From NCBI GenBank assembly GCA_038210985.1, contig JBBQWB010000004.1:7456-71455 (forward strand): a DNA stretch of 64,000 nt. Reading direction: 5' to 3'. The notes beneath the pieces were generated by a model. That model did not search any database. It was not told where the DNA came from and saw only the letters and a program-made list of their open reading frames with translations. This DNA is from Bacteroidales bacterium. GTDB taxonomy: Bacteria; Bacteroidota; Bacteroidia; Bacteroidales; WCHB1-69. Positions 18,055-28,046 of this stretch are shown piece after piece. Positions within the stretch are counted from its first letter, which is position 1. Every line of letters begins with the position of its first letter. Position numbers and translations under genes: made by a program.

Positions 18055-20685
18055 CTAATCAATAGATTGATTGATTGAAAAATGGAATTGACCTTTGTTT
18101 GCTCCTGGAATACCTGGAACCGCATCAAACCCATAACCCCAATCTAATCCAAGAACGCCGAACATAGGCAAAAACACACGAACACCAAAACCTGCCGATT
18201 TATACATTTTAAAAGGGCTGAATTGATTAAACGACGACCATGTATTTCCCGATTCAACAAAACTTAATAAATAAATTGTAGCCGAAGGATTCAACGAAAC
18301 AGGATAGCGAATTTCGGCAGTGTATTTTGTAAATATTGAAGCTCCAACATAACCACTTGGTCCTGCTGGGGTTAATGTATTATTTCCGTATCCACGCATT
18401 CCTATTAACTCACGACCATCCAGTGCAAAACCCGATAAACCATCTCCACCTAAATAAAATCGTTCAAAAGGTGAAATTCCAATATTAGAATTATACGTTC
18501 CTAAATATCCAAAACGGAATCGTAAACTTGCCACAAAATTATCTACTATGTTAGAGTACCAAGATGCATTGAACTTCCATTTATGATATTCTAACCATCT
18601 GTATTTATCTTGGTCGGTAAGAGTTGAATAATCATCAATGTTTTTTAACAACGAATAAGGTGGTGTAAGTTGCAACGACAATCCAATTTCGGAACCTTTA
18701 CGAGGGAAAATTGGAGCATCAATCGAATTTCTACTTAATGAAATAGTATAGCTTACATTGTTTGAGTATCCATTGCTAAAACTAAAAATAGAAGTATAAT
18801 TATTTAGCACATAATTTTGAAAACTTACACCTTGACTTAAAATAAAGAAATCATCGGGCCATTTTAAACGCTGAGCCAAACTAAATGAAACTCCGTTAAT
18901 ATCAATAGACTGTCTTTTATCATCGGTGCGTTTTAGTCCATTACTTTGAACTGAATGATACGCTGAAACACTAAAGGCATTTGGTTTTTTTCCACCAAGC
19001 CAAGGTTCGGTAAAGGAAACACTATACGATTGATACCAAGCACCATTTGACTGTGCACGGAAACTAACTTTTTGTCCGTCGCCAGTTGGAATTGGACGCC
19101 ATGCACCTTTTTTAAACAACTTTTTGCTCGAAAAATTATTAAAGGAAACGCCAATTGTTCCAACAACCATTCCTGCACCCCAACCTCCAGAAAGCTCTAG
19201 TTGGTCGGAGGATGTTTCTTCCACGGTATATTCAATATCAACGGTTCCATCTATTGGATTTGGTTTGGGATTAATACCAATAGTTTCCTGATTAAAATAT
19301 CGGAGCTGAGCCATTTCACGTTGCGAACGTATGATGTCGGCACGACTAAATAATTCGCCAGGAATTGTTCTTAATTCACGAATAATAACATGGTCGTTGG
19401 TGCGGGTGTTTCCAACAATTGTAATTTTATTAATTCGAGCTTGTTTGCCTTCATTAATTCGGATATCAATGTCGATAGAATCGTTTTCGACATTCACTTC
19501 AACAGGATTTGCCGAAAAAAACAGATATCCATCATCGAGATATAGAGAATACACATCGGAACCACTTGCATTATACATTAAATTTGATTCCATTGTTTTA
19601 TGGTCGTAAACATCTCCTTTTTTAATTGCTAAAATTTGGGTTAAATATTCGTCGGTATATTTTGTATTTCCAACCCAATTAATATTACGGAAGTAAAATT
19701 TATTTCCTTCTTCTACTTTAATACCAATATTCATCGATTTATTTGAAACTTTATAAAAAGTATCTGAAATAATTCGAGCGTCGCGATAACCTTTTGAGTT
19801 GTAATAAGTCATTAAAGCTCTTTTATCCGACTCATAATCTTCCATAATAAATTTTGAAGATTTAAAAATTCGGAGTTTAACACGTTCCGAAAAATAGTCA
19901 ACAAAAATATCTGATAATTCTTGTTTACGATATTCGCTATAATTTTTAACTACATGAACTAAAAATGTATCAATTTTTTCGAGAGGGAAAAACCTTAGCT
20001 GTTCTTTGGTTTCTTTAAACGAGCTAATTAATTTTGATTTTGGGATTCCATTATTTCCTTCGAAATAAATTTCGTTGATTTTTATTTTTTTATTTTTCGT
20101 AACAGTTATAAGTAAAGCTAAGCTGTTTGCCATGCTTGTATCTACTTCTTGACGGATGTTTACACCCACATTAAAAAACCCTTTATTGCGAAAGCGTTTT
20201 AAAATCAAATTTTTTGTATTAACAATTAAATGCTCTGTAACCACATCGCCACGATTTAGCTTAATATCTTCTCTAATTTCATCGGCTTCGGTTTTTCGAA
20301 CTCCAACAATTGAGAATCGAGATAATCGTGGGCGTTCGACAAGAAAAAATTCGATAAAAATCAAATTTCCTTCAATTTTAGTTACCGATACGCTAATATC
20401 ATCAAACAAATCCTGACTCCATAGTTTTTGAATTGCATCCGAAATTTTTTCGCCAGGGATACGAATTTTATCGCCAACCGATATTCCAGTAAGGGCAATA
20501 ATTGAATTGTGATCATAATATTTAACACCACTAACCGTAATTCCACCTATTTCGTAGTCTTTAGGATTAGTGTAATCAATATTTATTTCATCCGAAGCAC
20601 CTATTTGAATTTGGGCAAATGAAAATTGTGGAATTATAAGAAAAAAATAGAAAGGAAGAAGTAGCGGTAATAATTTGATTTTCAT
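18055..20685 (-). CDS. bamA: Outer membrane protein assembly factor BamA
   Basis: POTRA-like repeats followed by a C-terminal Omp85 barrel (...GLDWGYGF...QFHFSI). I place the start at ATG 20685 (MKIKLLPLLLPFYFF signal peptide). The track's longer N-terminus overlaps the uppS coding region. Confidence 0.9.
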   Translation of the reverse strand: MKIKLLPLLLPFYFFLIIPQFSFAQIQIGASDEINIDYTNPKDYEIGGITVSGVKYYDHNSIIALTGISVGDKIRIPGEKISDAIQKLWSQDLFDDISVSVTKIEGNLIFIEFFLVERPRLSRFSIVGVRKTEADEIREDIKLNRGDVVTEHLIVNTKNLILKRFRNKGFFNVGVNIRQEVDTSMANSLALLITVTKNKKIKINEIYFEGNNGIPKSKLISSFKETKEQLRFFPLEKIDTFLVHVVKNYSEYRKQELSDIFVDYFSERVKLRIFKSSKFIMEDYESDKRALMTYYNSKGYRDARIISDTFYKVSNKSMNIGIKVEEGNKFYFRNINWVGNTKYTDEYLTQILAIKKGDVYDHKTMESNLMYNASGSDVYSLYLDDGYLFFSANPVEVNVENDSIDIDIRINEGKQARINKITIVGNTRTNDHVIIRELRTIPGELFSRADIIRSQREMAQLRYFNQETIGINPKPNPIDGTVDIEYTVEETSSDQLELSGGWGAGMVVGTIGVSFNNFSSKKLFKKGAWRPIPTGDGQKVSFRAQSNGAWYQSYSVSFTEPWLGGKKPNAFSVSAYHSVQSNGLKRTDDKRQSIDINGVSFSLAQRLKWPDDFFILSQGVSFQNYVLNNYTSIFSFSNGYSNNVSYTISLSRNSIDAPIFPRKGSEIGLSLQLTPPYSLLKNIDDYSTLTDQDKYRWLEYHKWKFNASWYSNIVDNFVASLRFRFGYLGTYNSNIGISPFERFYLGGDGLSGFALDGRELIGMRGYGNNTLTPAGPSGYVGASIFTKYTAEIRYPVSLNPSATIYLLSFVESGNTWSSFNQFSPFKMYKSAGFGVRVFLPMFGVLGLDWGYGFDAVPGIPGANKGQFHFSINQSID

Positions 20686-20725
20686 AGTTAATGGGTTTCG
20701 CATATCAATCCGCAAATGTATTAAA

Positions 20726-21475
20726 TTATTGTTTATCTTGAATTTGTTTGCTAGTTTTTCCAAATCGGCGTTCACGGTGTTGAAAATCGAAAATAGTTTC
20801 AAATAAAGTTTCTTTATTAAAATCGGGCCAAAGCGTTGGAATAAACGCAAACTCGCTGTATGAAGCCTGCCACATCAAAAAGTTACTTAGACGACTTTCG
20901 CCACTTGTACGAATTATCAACTCAGGGTCGGGCATAAAAGAGGTAGAAAGGTTCTCGGTAATCGTTTTTTCGGTAATATTTTCGGCTTCTATTTCACGAT
21001 TTTTAACTTTTTCGGAAATAGATTTCACCGCTTCGGTTATTTCCCATCTCGAACTATAACTTAAGGCAATTACAACCGTTAATCCATTATTGTTTTTTGA
21101 TCGTTCAATTATATTAAGCAATTGATTCAGCGTGTTTTTATGTAAGCGATTTATATCTCCAATTGTCTTTATGCAGATATTGTTTTTAATAAGGTCATTA
21201 GATTCTTTTTCGATAGACTCAACCATTAGTTCCATTAGCATATCTACCTCTTCTTTTGGACGATTCCAGTTTTCGGTTGAAAATGCATATAATGTTAAAA
21301 ATTTAACGCCTATTTCAGCAGAGCCTTCAATTACAGCCCGAACAGACTCAACACCTTGCTGATGACCAAAAGTGCGATGTAGTCCTCTTTGTTCAGCCCA
21401 TCTTCCATTACCATCCATTATAATAGCAATATGTTGGGGTGTTTTATTTTTGTCGATTTTTTCTTTAAAACTCAT
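20726..21475 (-). CDS. uppS: Isoprenyl transferase (undecaprenyl-diphosphate synthase)
   Basis: [22 protein letters not shown] and RTSGE.RLSNF motifs. Confidence 0.93.
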   Translation of the reverse strand: MSFKEKIDKNKTPQHIAIIMDGNGRWAEQRGLHRTFGHQQGVESVRAVIEGSAEIGVKFLTLYAFSTENWNRPKEEVDMLMELMVESIEKESNDLIKNNICIKTIGDINRLHKNTLNQLLNIIERSKNNNGLTVVIALSYSSRWEITEAVKSISEKVKNREIEAENITEKTITENLSTSFMPDPELIIRTSGESRLSNFLMWQASYSEFAFIPTLWPDFNKETLFETIFDFQHRERRFGKTSKQIQDKQ

Positions 21476-21510
21476 ACCTCAGAAACGTTTTATGGAATAA
21501 GATTATTATG

Positions 21511-22347
21511 TTACCTTTTTTTACCAACGCTTTTGGATTTATAGGTTGATTTTTGATAAGCACCACAACTTTTAGCACCTTCAAAAATCTTATATGTAAG
21601 CCATAAACCAGTAAAGTTGTACCAATCTTTAGTTTGAGAGTTACCTCTGGCACTTCCTTCGATATGTTTTACATCGCTAGGGTCGGCAATTTGTGCAACT
21701 TTTGGAGAACATTGATCATTATCAGCATACGTTCCACCAATATCGTCGATATAGTCTGTCCATGTTTTACGCATACCCCATTCTAATCCAAGCGAAAAGT
21801 TTCTCAAAAAATTAACTTTAAATCCAATTCCAAAAGGCATACTTACACTAGTTAAAGAGTAATAATCTTTTTTTGGATATTTTTCCAAACCCTGACCTTC
21901 GGTGCCCAATGGTTGTAAATCGTACCAATGATTATCGAGTTGAGATTGTGGATTAAACGAAAAGGCAGAAACACCCACAAACATGTATGGTGAAAAGAAG
22001 TTTTTACCTTTTTGGGTGTATAAATTAAAGAAATTAAATTCTGCTTGAGCCGAAATTTCGGAAATTGGAGAACGGAAGCTTAAATTTCGATCGTTATTGT
22101 AGTTTGTTACCTTATCGCTTGCTTCTAATTGACCAAATAATGCACTCACTTTTAAAGCCCATCGGGAATTAAAATTATAACGATAAATAATACCGCCAGC
22201 TGAATTTGTATTTGTAAAATGTTTTGCGGGGTTTAAGTCGCCAATATAATAAGCTGTACCGACAAAAATGCCCAACTCTGAACGCTGAGCATTCGTAATA
22301 TTACCTGTTAAAAGAAATATTACAAGGAGCCAAAAAATCTTTTTCAT
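21511..22347 (-). CDS. DUF6089-type outer-membrane beta-barrel protein
   Basis: Signal peptide; ELGIFVGTAYYIGDLNP and LQPLGTEGQG; sits in the conserved position next to uppS. Confidence 0.65.
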   Translation of the reverse strand: MKKIFWLLVIFLLTGNITNAQRSELGIFVGTAYYIGDLNPAKHFTNTNSAGGIIYRYNFNSRWALKVSALFGQLEASDKVTNYNNDRNLSFRSPISEISAQAEFNFFNLYTQKGKNFFSPYMFVGVSAFSFNPQSQLDNHWYDLQPLGTEGQGLEKYPKKDYYSLTSVSMPFGIGFKVNFLRNFSLGLEWGMRKTWTDYIDDIGGTYADNDQCSPKVAQIADPSDVKHIEGSARGNSQTKDWYNFTGLWLTYKIFEGAKSCGAYQKSTYKSKSVGKKR

Positions 22348-22368
22348 TGTATTAAGTTTTGTCGTTTT

Positions 22369-23280
22369 CTAATATTGGAACGAACAAATGTTGGTAGTTG
22401 TTTTAAAGAGGTTAATATAAAGAGTAAATTGTGCAAACATATACGAGTCGTAATTTGATGGATTTCCTCTTTGATTACCTGGACGAGTTGAATAAGCAGC
22501 AATTGGATCGGTTAAATCGGCTGGATTAGAAAAATATGCAGCAACATCTCCTTTTACGCTACGAATTTTATTCACATCAAAATAAGTAGTACTAACATCA
22601 TCCATATAATCCGAATTAGTCCAACGCATTCCATATTCGAATCCCAAGCTGTATCTTCTGTTTATATCATATTTAAGACCAACTCCGTAAGGGATAGTAA
22701 GTGCAAATTTAGAGTATGGTTTTCTGGTTTCCACTAAACCTTGTCCTTCGGTACCTAAAGGTTGAAGTGCTACCCACGAACCATCTGTATATTTTCCTTT
22801 AGGATTTGTATAAGCTCCTCCAACACCCGCAAAAACGTAACTTGTAATTGGCACTCGGTTGGTTTTACGACGTCCCCATTGTTTACCAACATTTTGCATG
22901 GTTAAATAAAACTCGGCTTGACCCGAAACCTCCACTAAAATAGAGCGAAAATGTAAATTACGAACATTTCGGTTAATTTGTTTTGTCCAAACATCATCTC
23001 CACCAATCCATCCAAAATAACCATTTGCTTTTAAGTTTAAACGTTCCAAAAGTCGATAGCTATAACCAACTCCCATAATAGCTCGAGTAGATTGGATATC
23101 AAAATCTTTTAACCCAAACGAACCAATATCTTTTGAACCACCTAAGTCACCTAAAAAGTTAGAACCACCTAAATGAACAGTTATAAATGACCGGTTTTTT
23201 TTCCATCTTTGTGCATTTGCCTGATTGTAAAATCCTAACACAAAAACTATTAGTATCGTTATTCTAAGCCAATTTTTCAT
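22369..23280 (-). CDS. DUF6089-type outer-membrane beta-barrel protein (tandem paralog)
   Basis: Shares GGSNFLGDLGG, LQPLGTEGQG and W(T)(D/N)(S)DY(I/M)DD blocks with 21511-22347. Confidence 0.65.
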   Translation of the reverse strand: MKNWLRITILIVFVLGFYNQANAQRWKKNRSFITVHLGGSNFLGDLGGSKDIGSFGLKDFDIQSTRAIMGVGYSYRLLERLNLKANGYFGWIGGDDVWTKQINRNVRNLHFRSILVEVSGQAEFYLTMQNVGKQWGRRKTNRVPITSYVFAGVGGAYTNPKGKYTDGSWVALQPLGTEGQGLVETRKPYSKFALTIPYGVGLKYDINRRYSLGFEYGMRWTNSDYMDDVSTTYFDVNKIRSVKGDVAAYFSNPADLTDPIAAYSTRPGNQRGNPSNYDSYMFAQFTLYINLFKTTTNICSFQY

Positions 23281-23435
23281 ATTAATATCTTAATTTTCAA
23301 GTATAAACATTCTCTAAAAACGTACAAAATAAGTAAATATAATTGAATAATCCAAGTTTTTATACAATTATTTTTGTTAAATAATAACTTTTGTAATATA
23401 AAACTCATAAAAAGCAAGAGTGTTCAATTAATTTT

Positions 23436-23443
23436 TAATTTTG
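23436..23443 (+). promoter_or_regulatory. Candidate -7 box TAATTTTG for ygiQ
   Basis: Matches TAnnTTTG. Its terminal TTG is the track's start codon at 23441. Confidence 0.45.
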
Positions 23444-23467
23444 CATTCAACACAATTATACGACAAT

Positions 23468-25285
23468 ATGCCCAAATGGTTACCCATAACAGCAAAGGAA
23501 ATTGAAAATTCTGGTTGGACTCAGGCGGATGTCATTTTAGTAAGTGGCGATGCATATGTTGACCATCCGTCTTTTGCCAATGCCATGATTGGTCGTTGGA
23601 TTGAATTTTTAGGATATAAAGTAGCCATTATTCCACAACCAAACTGGCAGGATGATCTTAGAGACTTTAAAAAATTTGGAGCTCCAAAACTATTTTTTGG
23701 CGTTACATCGGGTAATATGGATTCGATGGTTAACCATTATACGGCATTTAAACGATTGCGTTCGGACGATGCTTATACGCCTGGTGGAAGTGCTGGTTTT
23801 CGTCCAGATTATGCCACCGAAGTGTACACAAAGATTTTAAAATCCTTATATCCTGAAGTTCCTGTTATAATTGGAGGAGTAGAAGCCTCGATGAGGCGAT
23901 TAACACATTATGATTATTGGTCGGACACCTTAAAACCTTCAATTTTAGTAAGTAGCGGTGCAGATATGTTAGTTTATGGAATGGGCGAAATTACCATTAA
24001 AAATATTTTAGAAAAATTATCCAAGGGGATTTCCATAACAGACCTAGATAACATTCCTCAAACAGCCATAATTAGGGATAAATCAATACTTGAAAAATAC
24101 ATTAATTATACTATTCTTCCTTCGCACGAACAATGTGTAAAATCAAAAAAAGATTTTGCAAAATCCTTTGTTTCATTCGAAACTGAGAGTCATAAACTAA
24201 ATCCAACGGGATTAATTCAAATGAATGGCGAAGTTGCAGTGATTATAAATCCGCCATTACCGCCAGCAAGCGAAACGGAAATGGATTCGTTTTACGATTT
24301 GTCATTCACTCGATTACCTCATCCAAAGTATCTAAAAAGAGGTGCTATTCCAGCTTGGGAAATGATAAAAAATTCTATTACTATTCATCGCGGATGCTTT
24401 GGTGGTTGCAGCTTTTGTGCTATTTCGGCACATCAAGGAAAATTCATTTCAAGTCGCTCGGAACAATCCGTTTTAAAAGAGCTTCATGAAATTACCAGTA
24501 ATTCGGATTTTTCGGGACATATTACCGATTTAGGAGGACCTTCGGCAAATATGTTTAAGATGCAAGGAATAAATTTAAAAATTTGCGAAAAATGCAGTCG
24601 TCCTTCTTGCCTTTTTCCTACCGTTTGCAAAAATCTTTGTACCAATCATTCTGCATTAATACAACTATATAAAAAATCTTCAGCCATTAAAGGAATTAAA
24701 AAAATCACTATTGGTAGCGGAATTCGCTACGACTTATTTATAAATCGACCAGCTGAAGAAAACCAAAAGTATAAACATTTTGAATACCTCGAAACGGTTA
24801 TCAAAAATCATGTTTCGGGCAGATTAAAAGTAGCTCCCGAAAACACAGAAAACAGTATTTTAAAAAGCATGAGAAAACCAAGTATTCGATTATATGAGGT
24901 TTTTAGCGAACAGTTTCTGAAAATTATATCTAAGCACAAATTACACTATCAGCTTATTCCTTATTTAATATCAAACTACCCAGGAAGCAACTTTGACGAT
25001 TTATTAAAAATGACTTTGTGGCTTAAAAAACAGAATATAAAACCCGAGCAAATTCAAGATTTCACTCCCACTCCAATGACTTATTCAACGGCTGTTTACT
25101 ATTGTGGATTTGACCCATACTCGAACGAAAAAATATCTGTATTAAAAGATGTGAGCGAACGGAAAAAACTTCAAATTTTGTTTTTTTATTATAAAAATGA
25201 AAACAAACAGCTTATAACAAGCATATTGCGTAAACAAAATCGTACGGATGCGATAAAACAACTTTTTAATTTTAAAACTTTTTAA
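23468..25285 (+). CDS. ygiQ: YgiQ family radical SAM protein (UPF0313)
   Basis: MPKWLPITAKE...DVILVSGDAYVDHPSF is the typical YgiQ N-terminus. Radical-SAM cluster CFGGCSFCAI. Start moved to ATG 23468. Confidence 0.88.
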   Translation: MPKWLPITAKEIENSGWTQADVILVSGDAYVDHPSFANAMIGRWIEFLGYKVAIIPQPNWQDDLRDFKKFGAPKLFFGVTSGNMDSMVNHYTAFKRLRSDDAYTPGGSAGFRPDYATEVYTKILKSLYPEVPVIIGGVEASMRRLTHYDYWSDTLKPSILVSSGADMLVYGMGEITIKNILEKLSKGISITDLDNIPQTAIIRDKSILEKYINYTILPSHEQCVKSKKDFAKSFVSFETESHKLNPTGLIQMNGEVAVIINPPLPPASETEMDSFYDLSFTRLPHPKYLKRGAIPAWEMIKNSITIHRGCFGGCSFCAISAHQGKFISSRSEQSVLKELHEITSNSDFSGHITDLGGPSANMFKMQGINLKICEKCSRPSCLFPTVCKNLCTNHSALIQLYKKSSAIKGIKKITIGSGIRYDLFINRPAEENQKYKHFEYLETVIKNHVSGRLKVAPENTENSILKSMRKPSIRLYEVFSEQFLKIISKHKLHYQLIPYLISNYPGSNFDDLLKMTLWLKKQNIKPEQIQDFTPTPMTYSTAVYYCGFDPYSNEKISVLKDVSERKKLQILFFYYKNENKQLITSILRKQNRTDAIKQLFNFKTF

Positions 25286-25319
25286 TATTGTTAGGCTTTT
25301 GTTTTTCTGAAAATAAATG

Positions 25320-25327
25320 TACATTTG
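25320..25327 (+). promoter_or_regulatory. Candidate -7 box TACATTTG
   Basis: Matches TAnnTTTG, 18 nt upstream of ATG 25345. Confidence 0.4.
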
Positions 25328-25344
25328 TCAAAAAATAAAATAAT

Positions 25345-26037
25345 ATGAAAAAAATAATTGTAAGTGTTTTAAGCATCCTTTTAATAACAGGAGCTGTTTT
25401 GGCTCAAAATAATAAAACAAAAACGAATGTGATGAAAAACGAAAAAGACAGCATCAGCTATTTATTAGGAAACGAAGTTGGAAATTATTACCGTACAAAC
25501 GACATTGAAATTATTCAAGATAATTTTATTGAAGGGCTTATTGATGGCTTATTGAATAAAGGAAAAATGGATGAACAAACAAAGCAAGCAGTGATGGCTA
25601 AATTCCAAATTCAGCAACAAGAAAAAACAAACAATCAAATACAAATCACTAAAGAAAAAGGCAAACAGTTTTTAGAAAACAATAAAAAAAATCCAGATAT
25701 AAAAGTTACTGCCAGCGGTTTACAATATAAGGTAATTCGTGCATCAAATGGGGTTTCTCCGAATGTAAATGACAAAGTAAAAGTTCATTATCATGGTACT
25801 CTAATAGATGGAACTGTTTTCGATTCATCGGTTGAACGCGGAGAACCTATTGTTTTTGGATTAGGTCAGGTGATAAAAGGTTGGACAGAAGGTTTACAAT
25901 TAATGAAAACTGGTGAGAAGTTTATATTTTACATACCTTCCGATTTAGCTTATGGCGACAGAGCTGCTGGTCCAAAAATTGTTGCAGGCTCTACATTAAT
26001 ATTTGAAGTAGAATTATTTGAAGTTAATCCAAAATAA
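25345..26037 (+). CDS. FKBP-type peptidyl-prolyl cis-trans isomerase (Mip/FkpA-like), secreted
   Basis: Signal peptide. FKBP core: VHYHGTLIDGTVFDSS...FGLGQVIKGWTEGLQLM...IPSDLAYG. Confidence 0.9.
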   Translation: MKKIIVSVLSILLITGAVLAQNNKTKTNVMKNEKDSISYLLGNEVGNYYRTNDIEIIQDNFIEGLIDGLLNKGKMDEQTKQAVMAKFQIQQQEKTNNQIQITKEKGKQFLENNKKNPDIKVTASGLQYKVIRASNGVSPNVNDKVKVHYHGTLIDGTVFDSSVERGEPIVFGLGQVIKGWTEGLQLMKTGEKFIFYIPSDLAYGDRAAGPKIVAGSTLIFEVELFEVNPK

Positions 26038-26071
26038 AACTTAAACCTTAAATCCGCAAGGAAATTCTATT

Positions 26072-26105
26072 AAAAAGCCGAATTCAATGGATTCGGTTTT
26101 TTTAT
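26072..26105 (+). terminator. Weak rho-independent terminator after the FKBP gene
   Basis: CCGAAT/ATTCGG stem (26078-26083 / 26091-26096) followed by TTTTTTTTATTTT. Confidence 0.4.
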
Positions 26106-26177
26106 TTTCAAAATTTGATTAACAATGACTTGTGGAATAATAATTAAAAAAAATGATAAGAGCCTTTATTAAATGTA

Positions 26178-26185
26178 TAATTTTG
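26178..26185 (+). promoter_or_regulatory. Candidate -7 box TAATTTTG
   Basis: Matches TAnnTTTG. It lies inside the track ORF's first codons and 24 nt upstream of ATG 26209. Confidence 0.4.
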
Positions 26186-26208
26186 TTTTTAATCGAGAAA
26201 AACATCTC

Positions 26209-27504
26209 ATGAATACGAAAAAAATTAAGCTATTTATTGCATTTTTACTTTTAAGTTTAATCTTTGCATCTCCACTGTTTGCGCAGACAAAAGAGGAATT
26301 GCAACGTCAAAAAAAACTTATTGAAAACGATATTAAATACACAAATAAGCTACTTAAGGAAACTAAAAAAAATCAGAAATCATCTACCAATCAGATTGTA
26401 CTTTTAAAAAAGAAAATTGAACAAAGAGAAAAGCTGATTGAAACCATTACAAAAGAGATGAATTCGTTAGATGACGAAATTATTGGAAACACACAAACTA
26501 TTGAAAGTTTAAATTTTCAAGTAAAAAAGCTCAAAGATGAATATGCAAAGATGATTTATTATGCATATAAAAATCGAAAAAATTACGATCGAATAATGTT
26601 TGTTTTATCCTCTGATAATTTTAATCAGGCATATCGAAGAACACGATATTTTCAACTCTACTCATCCTACCGAAAGCGACAAGCATCTCTAATTGCGGAA
26701 ACACAAGAATCGATAAAAAATAAAAACAACGAACTTGAACAATTTAAAAATGATAAAGTTAGCTTATTAACTTCTCAACAAACCGAAAAGTCGAAACTTA
26801 CAAAAGAACAGACCAACAAGAATAAAACACTTACGGAATTAAACAAAAAAGAAAAAGAGCTTCGACAAACGTTGCAAGAGAAAGAAAAAGCAAGTAGAGA
26901 TTTACAAAACGCAATTGCTTCGATTATTTCCGAAGAAATACGGAAAGCAGAAGCAAAAAGAGTTGCTGAAAACAAAAAAAAGAACAAAACACCTGCAACG
27001 ACTAAAAACACAACCGAAACCAATAAAACAAATACCAATATTAAAACTCCTGTTAACACAATTTCGATGACACCGGATGAGAAAAACTTAGCAAATAGTT
27101 TTTCGGCAAATAAAGGAAAACTGCCATGGCCTTTGGAAAAAGGAGTTATTAGCTCGAATTTTGGTGAACATCCTCATCCAGTTTTATCAGGTGTAATTAT
27201 AAAAAACAACGGCATTGATATTTCAACAAGCAGAGGAGCTTCGGTTAGAGCCATTTTTAACGGTCTTGTATCGGGTGTAGTTACCCTTCCAAATGGAACA
27301 AAAGCCATTATTATTCGTCATGGGGACTACTTATCGGTGTATGCAAATTTAGTAAGCACAAGTGTTCACAGCAATGATAATGTGAAAACAAAACAATCTA
27401 TAGGAACCGTTTCAACCGATGAAGACGATGGAAAAACGGAACTTCATTTTGAGTTATGGCAAAACAAAACCTTGCTAAATCCAAATTTATGGATTGCAAG
27501 ATAG
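26209..27504 (+). CDS. EnvC-like murein hydrolase activator / M23 peptidase-domain protein with a long coiled coil
   Basis: Signal peptide MNTKKIKLFIAFLLL, K/E/Q-rich coiled coil, C-terminal LytM/M23 domain (GIDIS...IIIRHGDYLSVYANL). Confidence 0.85.
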   Translation: MNTKKIKLFIAFLLLSLIFASPLFAQTKEELQRQKKLIENDIKYTNKLLKETKKNQKSSTNQIVLLKKKIEQREKLIETITKEMNSLDDEIIGNTQTIESLNFQVKKLKDEYAKMIYYAYKNRKNYDRIMFVLSSDNFNQAYRRTRYFQLYSSYRKRQASLIAETQESIKNKNNELEQFKNDKVSLLTSQQTEKSKLTKEQTNKNKTLTELNKKEKELRQTLQEKEKASRDLQNAIASIISEEIRKAEAKRVAENKKKNKTPATTKNTTETNKTNTNIKTPVNTISMTPDEKNLANSFSANKGKLPWPLEKGVISSNFGEHPHPVLSGVIIKNNGIDISTSRGASVRAIFNGLVSGVVTLPNGTKAIIIRHGDYLSVYANLVSTSVHSNDNVKTKQSIGTVSTDEDDGKTELHFELWQNKTLLNPNLWIAR

Positions 27505-27718
27505 TTTTTGTAAGAAAACGCCAACATCTGTTTTTAGATTTGAGTAAAGCCTTGAAAAGACAACCCACTCGGTTGGAGTTTTAAACGATAAAGTTTTGTT
27601 ACACAGTGTTTCCTGAATTCGACAATGCTTCTCCCTGAATTCTGTATGTTTTAAAAAAGTGTCGAAGTCAAAAAAAAACGTATATGTCATTTTGAAGACT
27701 AAATTCACGAATTCATTA

Positions 27719-27908
27719 GGTGCGTAGCACCGTCCTATCTGTAAAACAAGCACATCATACATCGAATGGAGGTGCAGCGCACCGTCCTCGAACAAAAATA
27801 AAAAAATCGAAATATTAAAATACACTTCTTATTTGATAGAGCGGTGCGATGCACCTTTTTGATTTCCACAATTACTTTATATCTACAGATAGCACGGTGC
27901 GATGCATC
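27719..27908. repeat. Four copies of a ~25-bp motif (GGTGC-N3-GCACCGTCCTATCTGTA): two forward, then two inverted
   Basis: Forward copies at 27719-27743 and 27771-27793. Inverted copies at 27835-27855 and 27884-27908. The array is symmetric about ~27814. Each unit holds an internal GGTGC...GCACC mini-palindrome. Confidence 0.8.
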
Positions 27909-28046
27909 TTTGCTTAAAAAGCTAATTTTTGTTGAGAATGTTTTTCAGTTGATTACACGTTTAAAATAAAAAAAACCCCAACATGATTTTATAATGCCTA
28001 TACATACAGCCGTATATTATTGATCCATTTAGACACATTTGTGCGG

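Noticed and set aside
20686-20850. Extended BamA N-terminus from the track (start at 20850)
   Set aside because: It would overlap the 3' end of uppS by 125 nt and lacks a signal peptide. ATG 20685 gives the MKIKLLPLLLPFYFF signal sequence.
27487-27825. 112-aa minus-strand ORF
   Set aside because: It spans repeat modules and half of the 2+2 motif array and overlaps the 3' end of the M23 gene. It has no start context.
27719-27908. Possible CRISPR array
   Set aside because: There are only four units. Two are inverted relative to the other two, the units are imperfect, and there is no regular repeat-spacer periodicity and no cas genes in the window.
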